From the NCBI RefSeq assembly GCF_009914755.1, contig NC_060941.1: 64,000 bases of DNA; one strand, written 5' to 3'. The notes beneath the pieces were generated by a model, which ran no database searches, was not told where the DNA came from, and saw only the letters and a program-made list of their open reading frames with translations. The translations under genes and the position numbers were made by a program. The DNA is from the human T2T-CHM13v2.0 reference genome, Homo sapiens. Shown in pieces: positions 31,947 through 57,315 of this stretch (within the stretch, counting starts at the first letter, position 1; every line of letters starts with the position of its first letter).

Positions 31947-32666
<720 letters not shown>

Positions 32667-33319
32667 CCCCTCCTTCATCCGCCATGTGCAGCCGGCGAGC
32701 ACAGCTCTTCTGAAGAGACAGGAGGTACCCACGTCTCACATCAGCTTCTGCCCTGTGCCCTGCACAAAATCCCTGACATCTTAGAATACGGCCTGGGAAA
32801 ATATGGAGGGTATGAATAAATCAGAATCTTGAGAATCATCCCCGTGCAGGGGCCTTCTGCAGCCAGGTGGCCCCTGGGGGCTATGGGTGTCCCCTGGAGG
32901 GAGCAAGGGAATGGTCTGCCTTGGGGACAGTAAGGCAGTGCAGTTATGGGACTGCCAAGGTTGGTCTCTTCTAGGGCTCTTCGGCCTCTGGTGGGTTCCC
33001 GTGTTTGTAGGGGCTGCTCAGAGGGACCATAGCTGGGGTAGAGCGAGATGCCCCAGGAACAATGATCTCCAGCTGTCGCAGCTGTTAAATGGACATTTAT
33101 GAAAACAAACCATCAGCGCCACCAGGAGCCAGGATTGTCCCTTCTTTCTATTCTGCAGGAGCGTGCATCACCTGTGAGCTTTGGATCACCGAGACTGTGG
33201 GTCCTGACCCATTATTCATGCATTTGTAGAATTTCCTGGGGGCCACAGAAACTGGCCTGAGGACCATACTTGCCAATCCTCAGTGCCCAGAGAACGAGGT
33301 GAACAAGTAATCCTGCTCC

Positions 33320-34547
<1,228 letters not shown>

Positions 34548-35403
34548 TTAAGCCAGTTTTGGTTTTACAACTTCTTGTTTTCTTTGATGATCCTAAACAT
34601 TTTAATTTGAAATCATTTTCAGATTCTTCCGTTATTTCCATTTCACCTGCAATGATTTAAGGGTTGATTTTTCTTAATTGTCTTTATTAGCAGCAGCTTT
34701 GCCATGTGGTTGGGGTGAGGTGTGTAGGTTTGTCTTGGGTAAATGCCTCTCTCATTTCAGTCAATCTCTGTCTCTCTTTCTTCCTCTTCCTCTTCCTCTC
34801 TCTTTCTCCTCTTTTTTGCTCTCTCTCCCCGCACCCTCTCTCCCCCACTCTCTCCCCCAAATGGTGAGGTCGTGTGTTGTTGGCTCAGAGTTCCCACCTC
34901 CCGGGGGCTACTGGGGATTTTGCTGTCCGGGTGCTGAGTCCCTGGGTGCCAGGGCTCTGAGGCCATGGCTGCTTTCTCCCCTCTCCAGGTACACAGCTGG
35001 GAAGCCCTGTCCCCACCCCTATGAGTGGCTCCAGTGCCCTGCCTCATTTTTAGTATCTGTTACATGGAGATGGTTATCTTACTTTTTAAAAAATTATGGC
35101 TATATCTTTTAATTTTTTCTTTTTAAAGTTTATCTGTCTTTGCTATACGGGATGACTTGAAAAATGAACTTAAAATGCCATCTTTTTAATGCTTTAAATA
35201 TTTTCTTTTATTGTGAGCCCATTAAAATAGAAAAGCAGTGTAAATTTTTAGTTTTTTGGAATGTAATGGGTTTGGAGGTTAATTTTTAAAAATAAGGCCT
35301 CATCAAACCAACTCAAATGTGAGTTCAGCTGAGTGTTTTTTTTCCCCACAGTGGGGAGGCCCTGCCAGCTTCATGCAGGCCACAAATAATAAATTACTGT
35401 TCC

Positions 35404-35710
<307 letters not shown>

Positions 35711-36047
35711 CTATTTAAAAGTTGGAGGTAATAAAATTTCCCTGCAAGATAAATGCTATCAGTTTCTCTCTATTGGAAGCCTGCTTGCTAATTGAAGTTA
35801 ATTGCTAATTTTTGATAAACTATTTTGTTGAATTATAACATCGACATAGAAAAATGCACACATTGTAAGTGTGCAACATGATGAACGTTCACATGTGGAC
35901 ATATCCATGTAGCGTCTGCTCAAAAATCTCGAACAACTCGGGCGTGGGGCGGGGGTCATTAACTCCACTTCATGGGTAATGAAACAAAATATCAGATAAG
36001 TCACGTGACTTTTTCTCCCCAAGGTTCTCAGCTAGGAAGAGACATGC

Positions 36048-36380
<333 letters not shown>

Positions 36381-36764
36381 AAGAGACATGCAGGGAGGGT
36401 CACAGGCCAGATCTGCAGCCCCACATTCAAGAAGTGGCTCTGAGCCCCTGCTGCAGCCAGGGGAGGGGCTGAGAAGGTGGGAAGTGCCAGCTGAGGGCAA
36501 CTGAGCACAAAACACTGAAGTCAGTCAGATGGGCCCAGGAGGGATGAGGGGGCAGGGCTTGTGGGGGATGCCAGGGCTGGAGAGTACCTGTGGCTGGTCT
36601 GACCCTGACCCTGGGGTTGGAACAGTCATCTTAGCTCCCCAGGCTTTGGAATTGGGATTTTGAGATCCTGTATCTCTTTTTTTTTTTCAAAACTAGAGGG
36701 CTTTGATGGGGTCATTCAGTTTTTATGTGACCAAAAAGACATGTATTTCTAAAGACACACACTA

Positions 36765-37398
<634 letters not shown>

Positions 37399-37444
37399 TT
37401 TTCAGTGGCCAGTTACTAGATAGCATTGTTTTATTTTTTGAGGA

Positions 37445-37446
<2 letters not shown>

Positions 37447-37502
<56 letters not shown>
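37447..37502. repeat. Compound (CT)n(CA)n microsatellite
   Basis: Seen directly. Confidence 0.97.
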
Positions 37503-37761
37503 AAGGAAAGAAAAAAAAGAATGAAGACCAGTCCTTTGAACACCTTCAGCTTTACAAAACAACCTCTTTGCGTTGTCTTCTTTTATCTCCTTTTGCCTTG
37601 GACAGGTGAGAACTTGTCACAGGCTGGCCTCGGCCCTCAGCCTGGTGTCTGGGAGCCCTGAATGGCTGGGAGCGGGGGAGGGGTCAGCAGTGATCTCTTT
37701 TAGGGCTAATTGTGTAGGTCGGGGTGGCGGGAGGTATGGGGGTGGTGGTGGTGAAGCCTCT

Positions 37762-37937
37762 GGGTTTCCAGACTTAGGAAGTAAAACTACAGGCTACGCA
37801 GTTACACCTGAATTTCAGATAAACAATCATTTCTTTTAGTGTAAATATGTCCCAAATATTTTATACTAACAGAAATTATTTGCCGCTTATCTGAAATTCA
37901 AGTGTAACTGGGCGGCCTGTATTTTATCAGGCAGTCC
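37762..37937. mobile_element. MER53 palindromic hAT-type MITE
   Basis: CAGTTACACCTGAATTTCAGATAA...TTATCTGAAATTCAAGTGTAACTG inverted arms; resembles the MER53 consensus. Confidence 0.85.
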
Positions 37938-38990
37938 TCGCCAAAAGACACTTTCAAGGAGATTTGGGACTGAGCAGAGTGTGCTAAGGAGACCTGAGAT
38001 GATGCCTGTGGGCGCCGAGTGGCCGAGTGACTCTCGTCTCCTGACTCTGCTCCCTGCGACCCGAGCCACCTGCAGCTGCAGCCCCTGTAGGCCCGGAGCC
38101 CATTTCGCAACACCCCCACCAGCGCCACTTGGCAGGGGTATTTATTTATGTTTTTAATGAAAGCAAATTAAGATTCACTTACTCTTGAGAGCTGTGCTAC
38201 GATTGCCCTTGTGATAAGTGGAGACACCTGGCTTTTCTCTACCTGGCCAGTTGCCTACGAGAGAGGCCTGCGTGGGGTTCAGTTTCCCAGGCTGGTCCCG
38301 CAGTGGCTTTTCAATCCGTCATCAAATCTTCATCAGGCGTCTCTGCACACAGCACTGAGGGAAGCACTGGCGTCCAGGCTATAGTCAGGCTCCCTGCCCT
38401 CCATCACTCACCATCTACCTGGGGGTGCAGTAGCGCCCCAGGAAGAGTGAAACAATAGGTATATTATCCCCAACCCCACCCATGGCACGGGCATTGCTGT
38501 CCCCCACAGAGCAGATAAGAAAACTGGGGCTCAGATGTTGAAGGACCGTGTTGAAGAGCACAGAGCTGGTTTGTAGCAGAAGTGGAATTTCCACCTTGAT
38601 CTCTGGGTTCCCTCTACCAGACCCATGGTTCTCAGCCCAGGGAGCACTGAAAAAAGCTCCAGGCCCAGATATTCTGATTTAATTGTTCTGGGGTGGGTAC
38701 TTTTTAAAGTTCCTGAAGATTCCAGTGTGCAGAGAGACCTGGGCCTCCCCCCACCATTGAGACAAGTGCATGCTCCGGCTGTTCGGAGGAGGCAGCCCCA
38801 CAGCAGGAGAAGCCCCTCTCCACTGAGGACAGATCAGAGTCCGCAGAAAGAACATGCCGGGGACTGGATGGCTTGAGCAGCGCTGAGTGGGAATGCACGA
38901 GGGACACTAGGGCAGTGACTGGCCCCTCCTGCAGGTCCGGAGGGCTCATGAGGCGAGTAAGAGGGAAAGCTGAGATTAAGTGAGATTCTA

Positions 38991-39445
<455 letters not shown>

Positions 39446-40635
39446 TGCCTCAGGCTTTTCTGTTGATGTTTCTCAGGGATCCTCTCTTCCCCTGGAGCAA
39501 AAGGCACAGATGAAGTGTCAGGGAGGACGCCAGTCCCATGCCTTCTTCTCACCCTGGAGTGGCAGTTTCCTCACAGAAAGCCCATCCTGGCTCCTCCCCC
39601 TGCAAGGAGGGATGTGGAGGGACAGAGGAGCAGCAGGCAAGGCCAGCAGGAGGTGACATAGGCAGGGAGGACCAGGCCAAGGTTGGGAGGAGTCTACATT
39701 TGGCGCTGGGGTTGGACACCTGGCTGACCTCTAGTGTGTGGCCTTGCGGTGGCTGATGGATGCCCCTCCACCCCCATCCCACAGTGCCTATGTTCCCCAA
39801 AGGGTGTCCCGTGGAACTGGCAAGGTGCCTTGTGATGAAAAGGTTCTGGGGTCAATACATTTGGGAAATGCTGCATGCTGTAGCCCTTATGGACACCCAC
39901 AGCCCCCACGAGCCTCCTACAGGCTCTGAGAAGTCCAGCAATGAAGAGAAGCCTGTGAAGGTTTGTTTCACGTTCAACTGTTGCCACTTTGTGACCTCAG
40001 AGCCCTCTTTTCTGTGTGACATTGACACCTATGCACATGACGGAGGGCACCCTGCAGCAGGCAGGCGCAACGCAAGGGGCGCGGCTGCACCAGGCTCCCC
40101 CCGTGGAGTGATTCGCTAAAGAAGGTGGGAAGTGGGGGTGTCTCTAGCATCTGTGGTCCCCAAGTTAATGAGGAGGAGCCATGCCCTGCTCAGGCTGCTG
40201 GTGAGGGAGGGAAGTGCCTTCTCTGAGGATGCGCTTGTGATGAATCCAGGGAGGGGGCGCTCTTCGGGGGAGCCCAGCAGCTGTCAGAAGCCTGGTGTGG
40301 AGGACCAGGAGCGCCTGAACCTCAGGGCTTGAGGCTGCGCCCTGGCTCGCCTGGTCTGGGGGGAAGCTCAGGCCTCTGTGGGCCTCAGTTACTGACAGAC
40401 CCAGAACCCTGCCTCGTGGGGAGGGAATCAGTGTGTGTGAGCTGCGTGATCTCAGACTCTGCATCATATATTCTATAGAATGCAGGCGTACATGGAAACC
40501 GCACATCAGGAGCGGATGGCGAAAGACTGCTTGAAAATTGGCTGCAGACCAAACCACCTAAATCCAGAAACAAACCGAAACTTGCTTTAGGTCCTAATAA
40601 CAGTGAGTTTACTTGTAAAAGCTTTCATTAATTTA

Positions 40636-42767
<2,132 letters not shown>

Positions 42768-42774
42768 TTAAAAA

Positions 42775-42890
42775 AGTAATTTATTAAAGTGAAATTCACA
42801 TAACACAAAATGAACCATTTGAAAATGAACAACTCAGGGGCCTTTAGTTCATTCAGTGTTGTGCTACCACCATCTCTACCTGTTCCGAGA
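42775..42890 (-). mobile_element. L1MB-like 3' end fragment
   Basis: TGAAATTCACATAACACAAAATGAACCATTT. Confidence 0.6.
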
Positions 42891-43099
42891 TGGTTCCTCT
42901 GGTTTTCATTGACACTTGTCACAGTTGAGCACACTCTCCCACCCAGTCAGAGAACTTTTATTTATTTAACTCTCAACCTAGTATTGAAGACTTGCTTGTT
43001 TTCAATTTCTTGGTCTTGTAAATGGGGCTCCTACAGACACCCTTGTGCATACCTTTGGTCGGACTGTCTATTTCCTGACGGCAGGGCCCTGAGCAATCT

Positions 43100-44827
<1,728 letters not shown>

Positions 44828-45090
44828 TCAGTCATCTAACAAGTGCAAGCCCCCGGGCCAGCCATAAAGTGAGAGTACAGTCAGCAGCAGACGCTGAGCC
44901 AAGCAGGCAGAGAGCAGGTGACTGAGTCAAAGATGAAAAGGTGGCCACAGACCTGGCGTGTCTGGGCCCCTCTGGAGCCAGAAGACAGGAACCATCTCCC
45001 TGGTTGCCTGTTAAAGCCACGTCTAATCATTCAGGCCTGGAAGTCTGGGGAAGCGGCAGAGGAAAGGACTGGAAAGAAGTTGACAGAAGA

Positions 45091-45483
<393 letters not shown>

Positions 45484-45621
45484 TCACATCTGCTGCCAAT
45501 GTGAGAAGGTCTGCTCTGGGGACCGTCTGGGGCTCATCGGCTCACACTTCTGGCACTGGGGCTGGGAAGATTTGAAGATCAGGACTGCTGACCAGGGCAC
45601 CTACGTGGGGCTTCCCCATGG

Positions 45622-47095
<1,474 letters not shown>

Positions 47096-48050
47096 GTCCG
47101 TAGGGCATCCTCATGACATGAGGGCTCAGGTGGTCTGACTCCCACTTGGTAGCTCCGGGCTCTGAATGCAAGGAGCCCAGAGAACACAGTAGCAGCTGCA
47201 GCCCCTTCTCTGACACAAGCCTTGGGCTCCTCCTGTGCAGGACTTCCCAACATAGCCGCTGAGTCTATCAAAGCTAGCAAGGAAGGGAGTCTGCTGGAAA
47301 GACAAATGAGAATCTCTTGCAACCTTATCGTGAAAGTAACAGCCCCTCGGCATGGAGGTATTCTGTTGCTTAGAAAGGAGTTACAGAGGCCATGAGTACC
47401 GGGAGGCAAGGATCAGCATAGTCATCTTAGAAGCAACTTACCGTGGGGAAGCCCCCAAGTAGGTGCCCTGGTCGACAGCCCTGGTGCCAGCAGTATGAGC
47501 CCGATGAGCCTTCAGCTGGTCCCCAGACCAGACCCTCCATTCTTGGCAGGCACTTCTGCCTCCTCTGTCAGTTACAGTTGGACAGTTCCTCCCTGTGGGA
47601 GGAGTTTCAAGGTCACATGGTGGAGAAGCGGGTGGAATGGGAGATCTTGCTGTGGCTGTTCTGAAAAACCTGCTCTGCCACGGCCCATCTTCAGGCCACA
47701 ACTCACATCCCTCCCACGTGCGAAGTCCACTTGCCCCATCCCAAGACTTCTGAAGTCTCATCCACTTTAGTTTTGGGCTCAGACTGGAGGTCCAGGATCC
47801 AGCTGTGTAAACCAAGGCCTGGTGAGGAGGAGACTCCTGGGCGTGGGGGCTCTTCAAGCCCGGGGGTGTTTTCTCCGTGCCCGTGGCTCCTTCCTGAGTT
47901 ATTCTTCCCTTTTCTTAAAAAACTGAGTTTGCAACTGAGTAGCCCTCTCAGCCCATTTCCTTCCTTTAAAAGTTGAGGCTCTAAAAGCCTCTTTCATTTT
48001 GTCCTGTCTTCATCCCATTTAGTGCAAGAAATTAATTCCTTTAAAAACTT

Positions 48051-48702
<652 letters not shown>

Positions 48703-48754
48703 AAATTCATTCCATTAGACAAAAAACCTCCCTCAAAAAACTTAAAAAAAAGAA

Positions 48755-49205
48755 TAGATGTTTTCTTTTGGAGCAGCTGTACGTTAACAAAAAAGTTACC
48801 TGGAGAGTACAGAGAATTCCCGAAAACTTCCTCTCCCCGCTCACCCCCCCGAAACTTTCCTGCTCATTAACATCTTGCATTAATGTGGTGCATTTGTTAC
48901 AATCGATGAGCCAATATGAATACATTATTATTAGCTAAGATCCACTGTTTACAGTCGGTTTTACTCTGCGTTTTACACGACATGGGTCTTGCCCAATGAA
49001 TAATGTCAGGCATCCACCATTACAGCATCATATAGAATAGTTTCACTGCCCCACAAATCCCTTGCACACCATCCATTCCTTCCTCCTTCCCTCGCACCAG
49101 CTCCTGATTACTGTTTTCATAGCTTTGCTGTTTCCAGAATATGGTCTGGTTGGAATCATGCAGTAGGCTGCAGCCTTTTCACGTTGGCTTCTTTCCCTTA
49201 GCACT
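48755..49205 (-). mobile_element. L1MC/L1MD-like 3' fragment
   Basis: CATTTGTTACAATCGATGAGCCAATAT...ATAGAATAGTTTCACTGCCC. Confidence 0.7.
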
Positions 49206-49779
49206 ACAACGCTTTCTGAGATAAGCTCTTCTCCACCCCACCTCCCAAAGTGCGGGGATTACAGGCGTGAGCCACCGCGCCCAGCTTCAAGTGAGAAAAG
49301 ACCCTTGTGATTTGAGAAGACCTGCTCTTCAACAGAGAAACTCCGCAAGGAATGCCGCTAAGGTCCTCAGAATGCCTTTGTCTGTCCGAAAGGGTTTATG
49401 GGGCACTTTTCCTTTTTTTCCCTGAGGTCTTCATAAAGGATCTTACAGTCCCCTCTGGACTTCTTTGTCCTGAGGCCCTTTCTCACTTTGAGAATCATTT
49501 GCTGGCTGAAAAGCCTGTTCCGTTCTTTACATTTCCTCCCAGCTTCACTGGAAAATGAAATCGTTTGCTCCTAGTTCCCCTCTCTCCTTTTCCATTTTAT
49601 TATAGGCAGAAGGAGCCAGGAGCACCTTCAACGACCTGCCTGGAAAACTCATCAGCTACAGCAACAAGTCAGCTAGGTATGCTCGGTGTCTACTTTCTAT
49701 GCTATGGCAGGCAACAGTTTTATTAAACCTTCTGCAACCACATGAGAAAGGGTTCCTTTCCTCCAATAGCCAGTAGCAT

Positions 49780-50571
<792 letters not shown>

Positions 50572-50586
50572 TAAAAGATGTGATCG

Positions 50587-51011
<425 letters not shown>

Positions 51012-51422
51012 TTAACCTTCCTGCAAGCCCTTGCCAACTTCCTCCAGGCTTCTGCCCACTGCCTGCGCCTAAAGCCAATGCCATGTGTTTCATATTTTAG
51101 TGACCAGAGCACAGTGAGGCACGTCAGACCCATTAGCTTTCTAATCACCACACCAGCTGTGTGAGTTGGGGGTTGGGTACTGCCCTCCCCTTTCATAGGA
51201 GTGGGCACTGAGAATTGGGGAAATTACACAACTGGTCATAAGCACTCAATTAGGAGGAGGAGGAGGAGGAGGAGGAGGAACAGAGTGTTTGAAAGACAAT
51301 TTTTAAAAATTGGATAGCACAGTAGCCTGGGGACATTTGCGAAGGAGTAAGATGGCGGCGTGTGCGTTGATAACCGTTCAAGGTGCCATCGTGACGGTCC
51401 TGAGCCAGGAGGGAAAGAGTCA

Positions 51423-52488
<1,066 letters not shown>

Positions 52489-53929
52489 TTAAGCTTCGTG
52501 CATCTCTTTAATTTTTTTTTTTTAACTCTAATTTCATGACAGATTAAGCTTCATGCATCTCAAAAATGTGTAGAACCCTCATTCCCAGCCTTCCCTCCCT
52601 CTCTCTTGTCCTTCTTTCTGATTTCTTGGAATCGGAAGGAAAATTCGGATATCCAGGAACCATCACACAGGAGGCACCCATGTGATGTGTCCAACATCAC
52701 TCCACGCAGGTGTCCTTGGGTCCTGGGTGCCCAGGTTCCTGTGAATTGTGACCCCAGGCAGAAGCGTGAGCATCCGCAGAGGAACCCACCTACCCAAAGC
52801 CAGGGAACAGCCAGGGCTGGCATCCTCAGGGTGACTGTGCTCCAGGGCACCTCTGACTTGTGCTGAGTAAAATGGACAAAGCCAGCAATGCACCCATAAC
52901 CCAGATTCTTGAGACACCGCTGGACTTTGGGAATCCCAGGCATTAGGCTCGTGGCAGTGTCATCATGGCTAGGCTGGGGGCAGTGTCATCATGGTGCTTG
53001 CTGGCCAAGTCAGGACACGGCCTAAGCCGGAATCTGCTGGTGCTGGTACAAGCGGTGAGTGGGCGTGTGGGTGGGGGTTGCGGTTAGGGTGTGGACATCC
53101 CAGAATCCAGGACGCTGTTCACAATTCGTCCATACTCCCTGCTCCCCTCCCTTACAGCACTTCCCTCCCGAGGCCTCCTGAGCCTCTAACCCCCAGATAA
53201 GGAAAGGGGTGGACTCAGTTGAAGTCCAGTGTCCACTCCGGTCCAATCAGCTCTACCTGGGGTGAGGGGAAACTCCTCTGGCTGGGCTGCTCCCTCTGCA
53301 GGGCTGTGGCTGGACAGATTACTCAAGAAAGGAAGCAGGTGGGCCGGAACGAACCCACGGTGCCACATAGGCCTCCGTTCTCATGCATATAAGTTTCCCA
53401 CACTCAGGCAGGAAATGAAAATGCTTCTTGGACCCCCAAGGAGAGTAAAGGAGAGGGGAAGAGGAGGAGGATTTTTCGGGGCTGTTAGTGACACTTTCAG
53501 CCTCCTGTGCATTTTTGGGAGGGCTGCAGGAGAAGGCAATGCTGCGCCCCTACCCAGAACTAGCGAGCGCTTCCCAACTGGCCTCCCGCCTTCCTCTCGT
53601 CCTCTACGGCCTCCATTGGCAGCTGTGCAAGGGCCCGGCCCTGCCTCTGTCTCTCCACACTCGCTGTGATACCTCAGGCCTCCCAGGCTCCGCCACGCCC
53701 TTCCCTCTTTCGGGAACAGCTGCCTTCCATCACCTTGGCTGCCTGGCTAATTCCTGCTCATTCCTTAAAACCCTGTTTTGATTTCGCCTCAATAAAACTC
53801 TGACACCACCCTCCAGTCATAATTAGTCACTTCTTCCTCTGTACGTTGGAAACACCGCTTTATCGTGGAGACTTTAAGGATATCCAAGTAGAGAGAATTC
53901 TTCCGTGCAAGTTTTGCATCCTCTCACCA

Positions 53930-55400
53930 CTGCCTGCGTTACCCGAGTTGTAAAGGGCGGCTCCCTGTGTCTGCCCCGCTGCACCGATACACCGAGCTGC
54001 GCACGGTGCCCAGCGCAGGGAGAACAAATGATCATCTGTCCAACGCGCCCATTTACAGGTGAGGAAACTAAGGCTCCAACTCAATCGACGCACTCTGCCC
54101 TTTTGATTACCAGAAAAGTAGCAGGACAGGTGTCCTGTCCCGCCCTACCCCGGCCCACTAAGCCGGCACCCCGGCTCCGACCCCCGGCTGTGCCCGGCCG
54201 CCGTGCCCGGCGCCGCCGCCTCGCCCGGCGGGGCCGCCCGGAGCGCCCGCACCTCCGCCCGCTTCCACCTGGCCGGGCCCGCCCCGCCCGGACTCGGGAC
54301 TGGGAAGTGCGGCGACTCCCGGAACCAGCCATTGGCGCCAGCGCGGGGAGCTGGGGGTGCAGAGCTGCGGGCGCGGCGGGCCACGCAGGCGTCCCCCACC
54401 CCCGGCCTGGCCTGGTCTGGTCTGGTCTGCGCTGCCGCGCGGGGGCGCCCCCTCCCAGGCCCGGCGCCCGCCAGCCCCGCTCCGCCAGGTGCAGCGCAGC
54501 GCAGGGGTGGGCGGGGGTGGGGCTCGGCGCGCACGTTCACGGGGCGGGGAGGGGGCGGGTCAGGGGCGGGACCACAGCCGGCTGGGCCGGGGTTGTATGC
54601 GCATCTCCGGGGAGGGGCGGGGCGGGGGCGGGGCCGGGGCGGGGCCCGGTCGGTGCACTCCAGACGGCGGGCCGCCCCCTCTTCCCGCCTTCCTACTACC
54701 GGCCCAGGATTAGCGCCCTGGGAGCGCGCGCCCCGCTGCCTCGCCGCCACACTTTCCTGGGAGCGGCGGCCACGGAGGCACCATGAAGAAGTCTTACTCA
54801 GGTGGGCTTCGCGCCCGGGGTGGGGAGGGGTCGGTGTCCCGGGACCAGCGCTGCTCACCTGAGTGCCTGCGGCCGGGAGTGGCGAGGCGCCCCCGGAGCT
54901 GAGCGAGTCCCCGCGGCGGGCACACTGCAGGTCGAGTTCCTCCCAGGACAGGGCCGCTGTCGGGCCGCTTTCGACCTGAGCCGACCGTCCCCTGCGCTGT
55001 CTCCAGCCCTTGCTCGAGTGTCGGAGGGGCTGCCCTGGGGGACGCTCCCTCTTCCTCGCCCCTTGCACCCTCGCAGGAATCGCTGACTTTCCAGGTCGGC
55101 CGGGTGCTTTGGGTCCCTGTGCGTCTGTGTGGGTGAATGGGGTCGGGGCTAGGTGGAGGGGTGTCCTTGGGTTCAGCCTCTAGGGCTGGTGGTCCAGGCC
55201 GCAGCATCCTTTCTTCGGATTCTCTTCGGTTTCTCCTCTACTTAGTGGGGCACGGGACGGCCTCCAGATGGGACCGTCCAGCAGCGCCCAAACTTGGCGA
55301 CTCGGGTTCACGTTTTGCGCTCAGGACGCCGCCCGCGGCTGACATCCTCACTCCACCCTAGCAGGGCCCGCCTTAAGTAGGCGAAGGGGGCCTGACTTGG
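53930..55400. promoter_or_regulatory. SEPTIN9: CpG-island, TATA-less promoter of SEPTIN9 with clustered Sp/KLF GC boxes, a reverse CCAAT box and G-quadruplex-prone G-runs
   Basis: Very high CpG and GC content; repeated GGGGCGGG at about 54541-54645; ATTGG at about 54331; first coding exon embedded. Confidence 0.9.
54783..54801 (+). CDS. SEPTIN9: Septin 9 first coding exon (isoform i1/a N-terminus MKKSYS + first base of Gly7); remaining CDS lies beyond the window
   Basis: GGCACC-ATG-AAG-AAG-TCT-TAC-TCA-G|GTGGGC: good Kozak context (A at -3) and a CAG|GT donor. The peptide matches the recalled SEPT9_i1 N-terminus MKKSYSGGTRTSSG. Lies in a CpG island. Confidence 0.95.
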
Positions 55401-57315
55401 GCCTCACCATGAGCCGGTTCAGGAGCTTTCATTTCATAAGAGGCTCCCGCTCTGGCACTCTGAAGTTCCATTTCACAGATGGGCACACCGAGGCCACAAG
55501 GGCAGGTTAAGAGAAATCCAGATCTTCATTATTTGTCTTTTCCTTCCTTTTTTTTTTCCTTTGTGGTTTTCTCCAAAGGATCCAGGCAGGCAGGATCCTT
55601 TGTCCTCCTCAGTCCTCAAATTATAAATAGCGTCTCCTCTTCTAAATCTAGAAACCGTTTGTTTAATGTCCCTCCTTTAATTCATTCGGATAGAAAGGTA
55701 CCTGCCAAGGATCCATGAATTAATTTTTATTGATAGGAGAACAGAATCATGGGCCTTAGTTGGAGGTGAAGGAGTCATCGGGGCCATCCCCCTGCCTTTG
55801 GGCCATTGTCGGTTTCCTCTGGCTTTCCATATTTAGGAACCAAAATGAGTGATAAAGTACCTCGTCTCAAAGAGGATTACTCAGAACTTCCCCGAAAATA
55901 CCCTTCTGGGTCAGTAGCTTAGAATTTCAACTTTCACCCGGTTGTTGCGAACAAGATGGCCCTCTACGCACCCGGAGCACAGCTCTGTCAGGAGCGTGGG
56001 TGGGTTGGTGTGCTGGTGGGCGGGAGCGGGCTTCCAGGTGGCACATGCTTGGTTTTGGCACCGGGGCTTCCTCCCCAACATGCTCCAAATACTTGAGATT
56101 GTTGTGGGGATCGCGCGGTGCATGGCCCTTTCCAGGGGATCTCTAGCCCGCCCAGGGAGGGCCCTTTGCCCTTGGTTTCTTACACTTTACCTCCCACTGG
56201 TGGGTCCAGACAGTGGGGGTGACCGGGGTCCTCCCAGGTCGTGGGTCCTGGGTTTTTTCTGCGGAGACCCTCCTGCACAGATGCCGGAAGGGCCCTGAGG
56301 CAGGCTTGGAGTCTCTGCACCTGCGGCTTACTGGGAGGTGGGGAGACCATCACTTGTCCTTTTCTCCTCTCCTCCACACACACCTACCCCACCCCTCACT
56401 GGGTTTCTTTTTTTTTTTTTTTTTTAAAAAAAAGGACAGAACCTTTTGCAGTAGGTGGAAGTAGAGTTTGTGGAGTGAGCAGGAACCAACTCTTGTACAG
56501 CAGCCTCGGTGCCTCCTTGTGTTTACCTAAAGGGGCAGGCCCCTCTGAGGATGGGGGAAGGGAGGGCTCAGACCATTTCTGGTTTGCTCCCTGCTTGGCA
56601 GTGGCCCAAGGTGTGCTGGGTCACTGTGTTGCAGTTGTATGGAGTGGGACTGGAGGGGGCTGATGGTGGGGGTGGCCTCTTGCCCTCATTCTGAGTGTCC
56701 TGGAGCTGTCTTGGCACCAGCCCTTTTCCGGGTACGGGCACTCGCAGGAGTCAGGCTGACCCCCCAACAAGCCATCGACACCATGAAATTAAGGAAAGCA
56801 GCAAAAGATGTTAAAAATCCCCCAAGGCTCTGACAATCCAAGGACAACAGGAAGGTCTTTATTTTTTCATCTAGACTGTGCGGGATTATTGCTTCCAGAC
56901 CTGTATGTGGGCTTCAGAATAAACGGAATGACCATAATGTTGTTCCCGGTAGACCTGGTTTGAACATTCGTGAGCCTCTGAAAAGGAGAAAGATTTTAGA
57001 AGGATGTGTTGGGGCAATCTCAAGTACCGTGGGTCTATAGACAGTCATCGAAGACACTTTATGTGCTGGGCACACATGGCCAAGTCTGAGTGGGTACAGA
57101 AATGGTAATGAGATATAGTCCTTGCCTGCAGAGAACTTACATTCTCACCGGGAGTCAGGATGAGGGCGAGACACCAGCTCATTAACACCCTTCCCTCCTG
57201 AGCAGTTCAGCCTCCAAATACTACAGGAATGCCCCGGAGGTTTTAGGTGGAGGTGAGATTGAGCTGGGCCTTGAGGAAGGAGAAGTCTTGAGTAGTGGAG
57301 AATAAAAAGGGACTT

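Noticed and set aside
53905-55068. 293, 307 and 219 aa ORFs over the SEPTIN9 CpG island
   Set aside because: Arg/Gly/Pro/Ala-rich frames are expected from stop-codon depletion in GC-rich DNA. The real coding part is the 19-nt exon.
53930-55400. Identification as the clinical methylated-SEPT9 biomarker island
   Set aside because: From recall, that assay targets an internal (v2) promoter island far downstream, not this exon-1 island.
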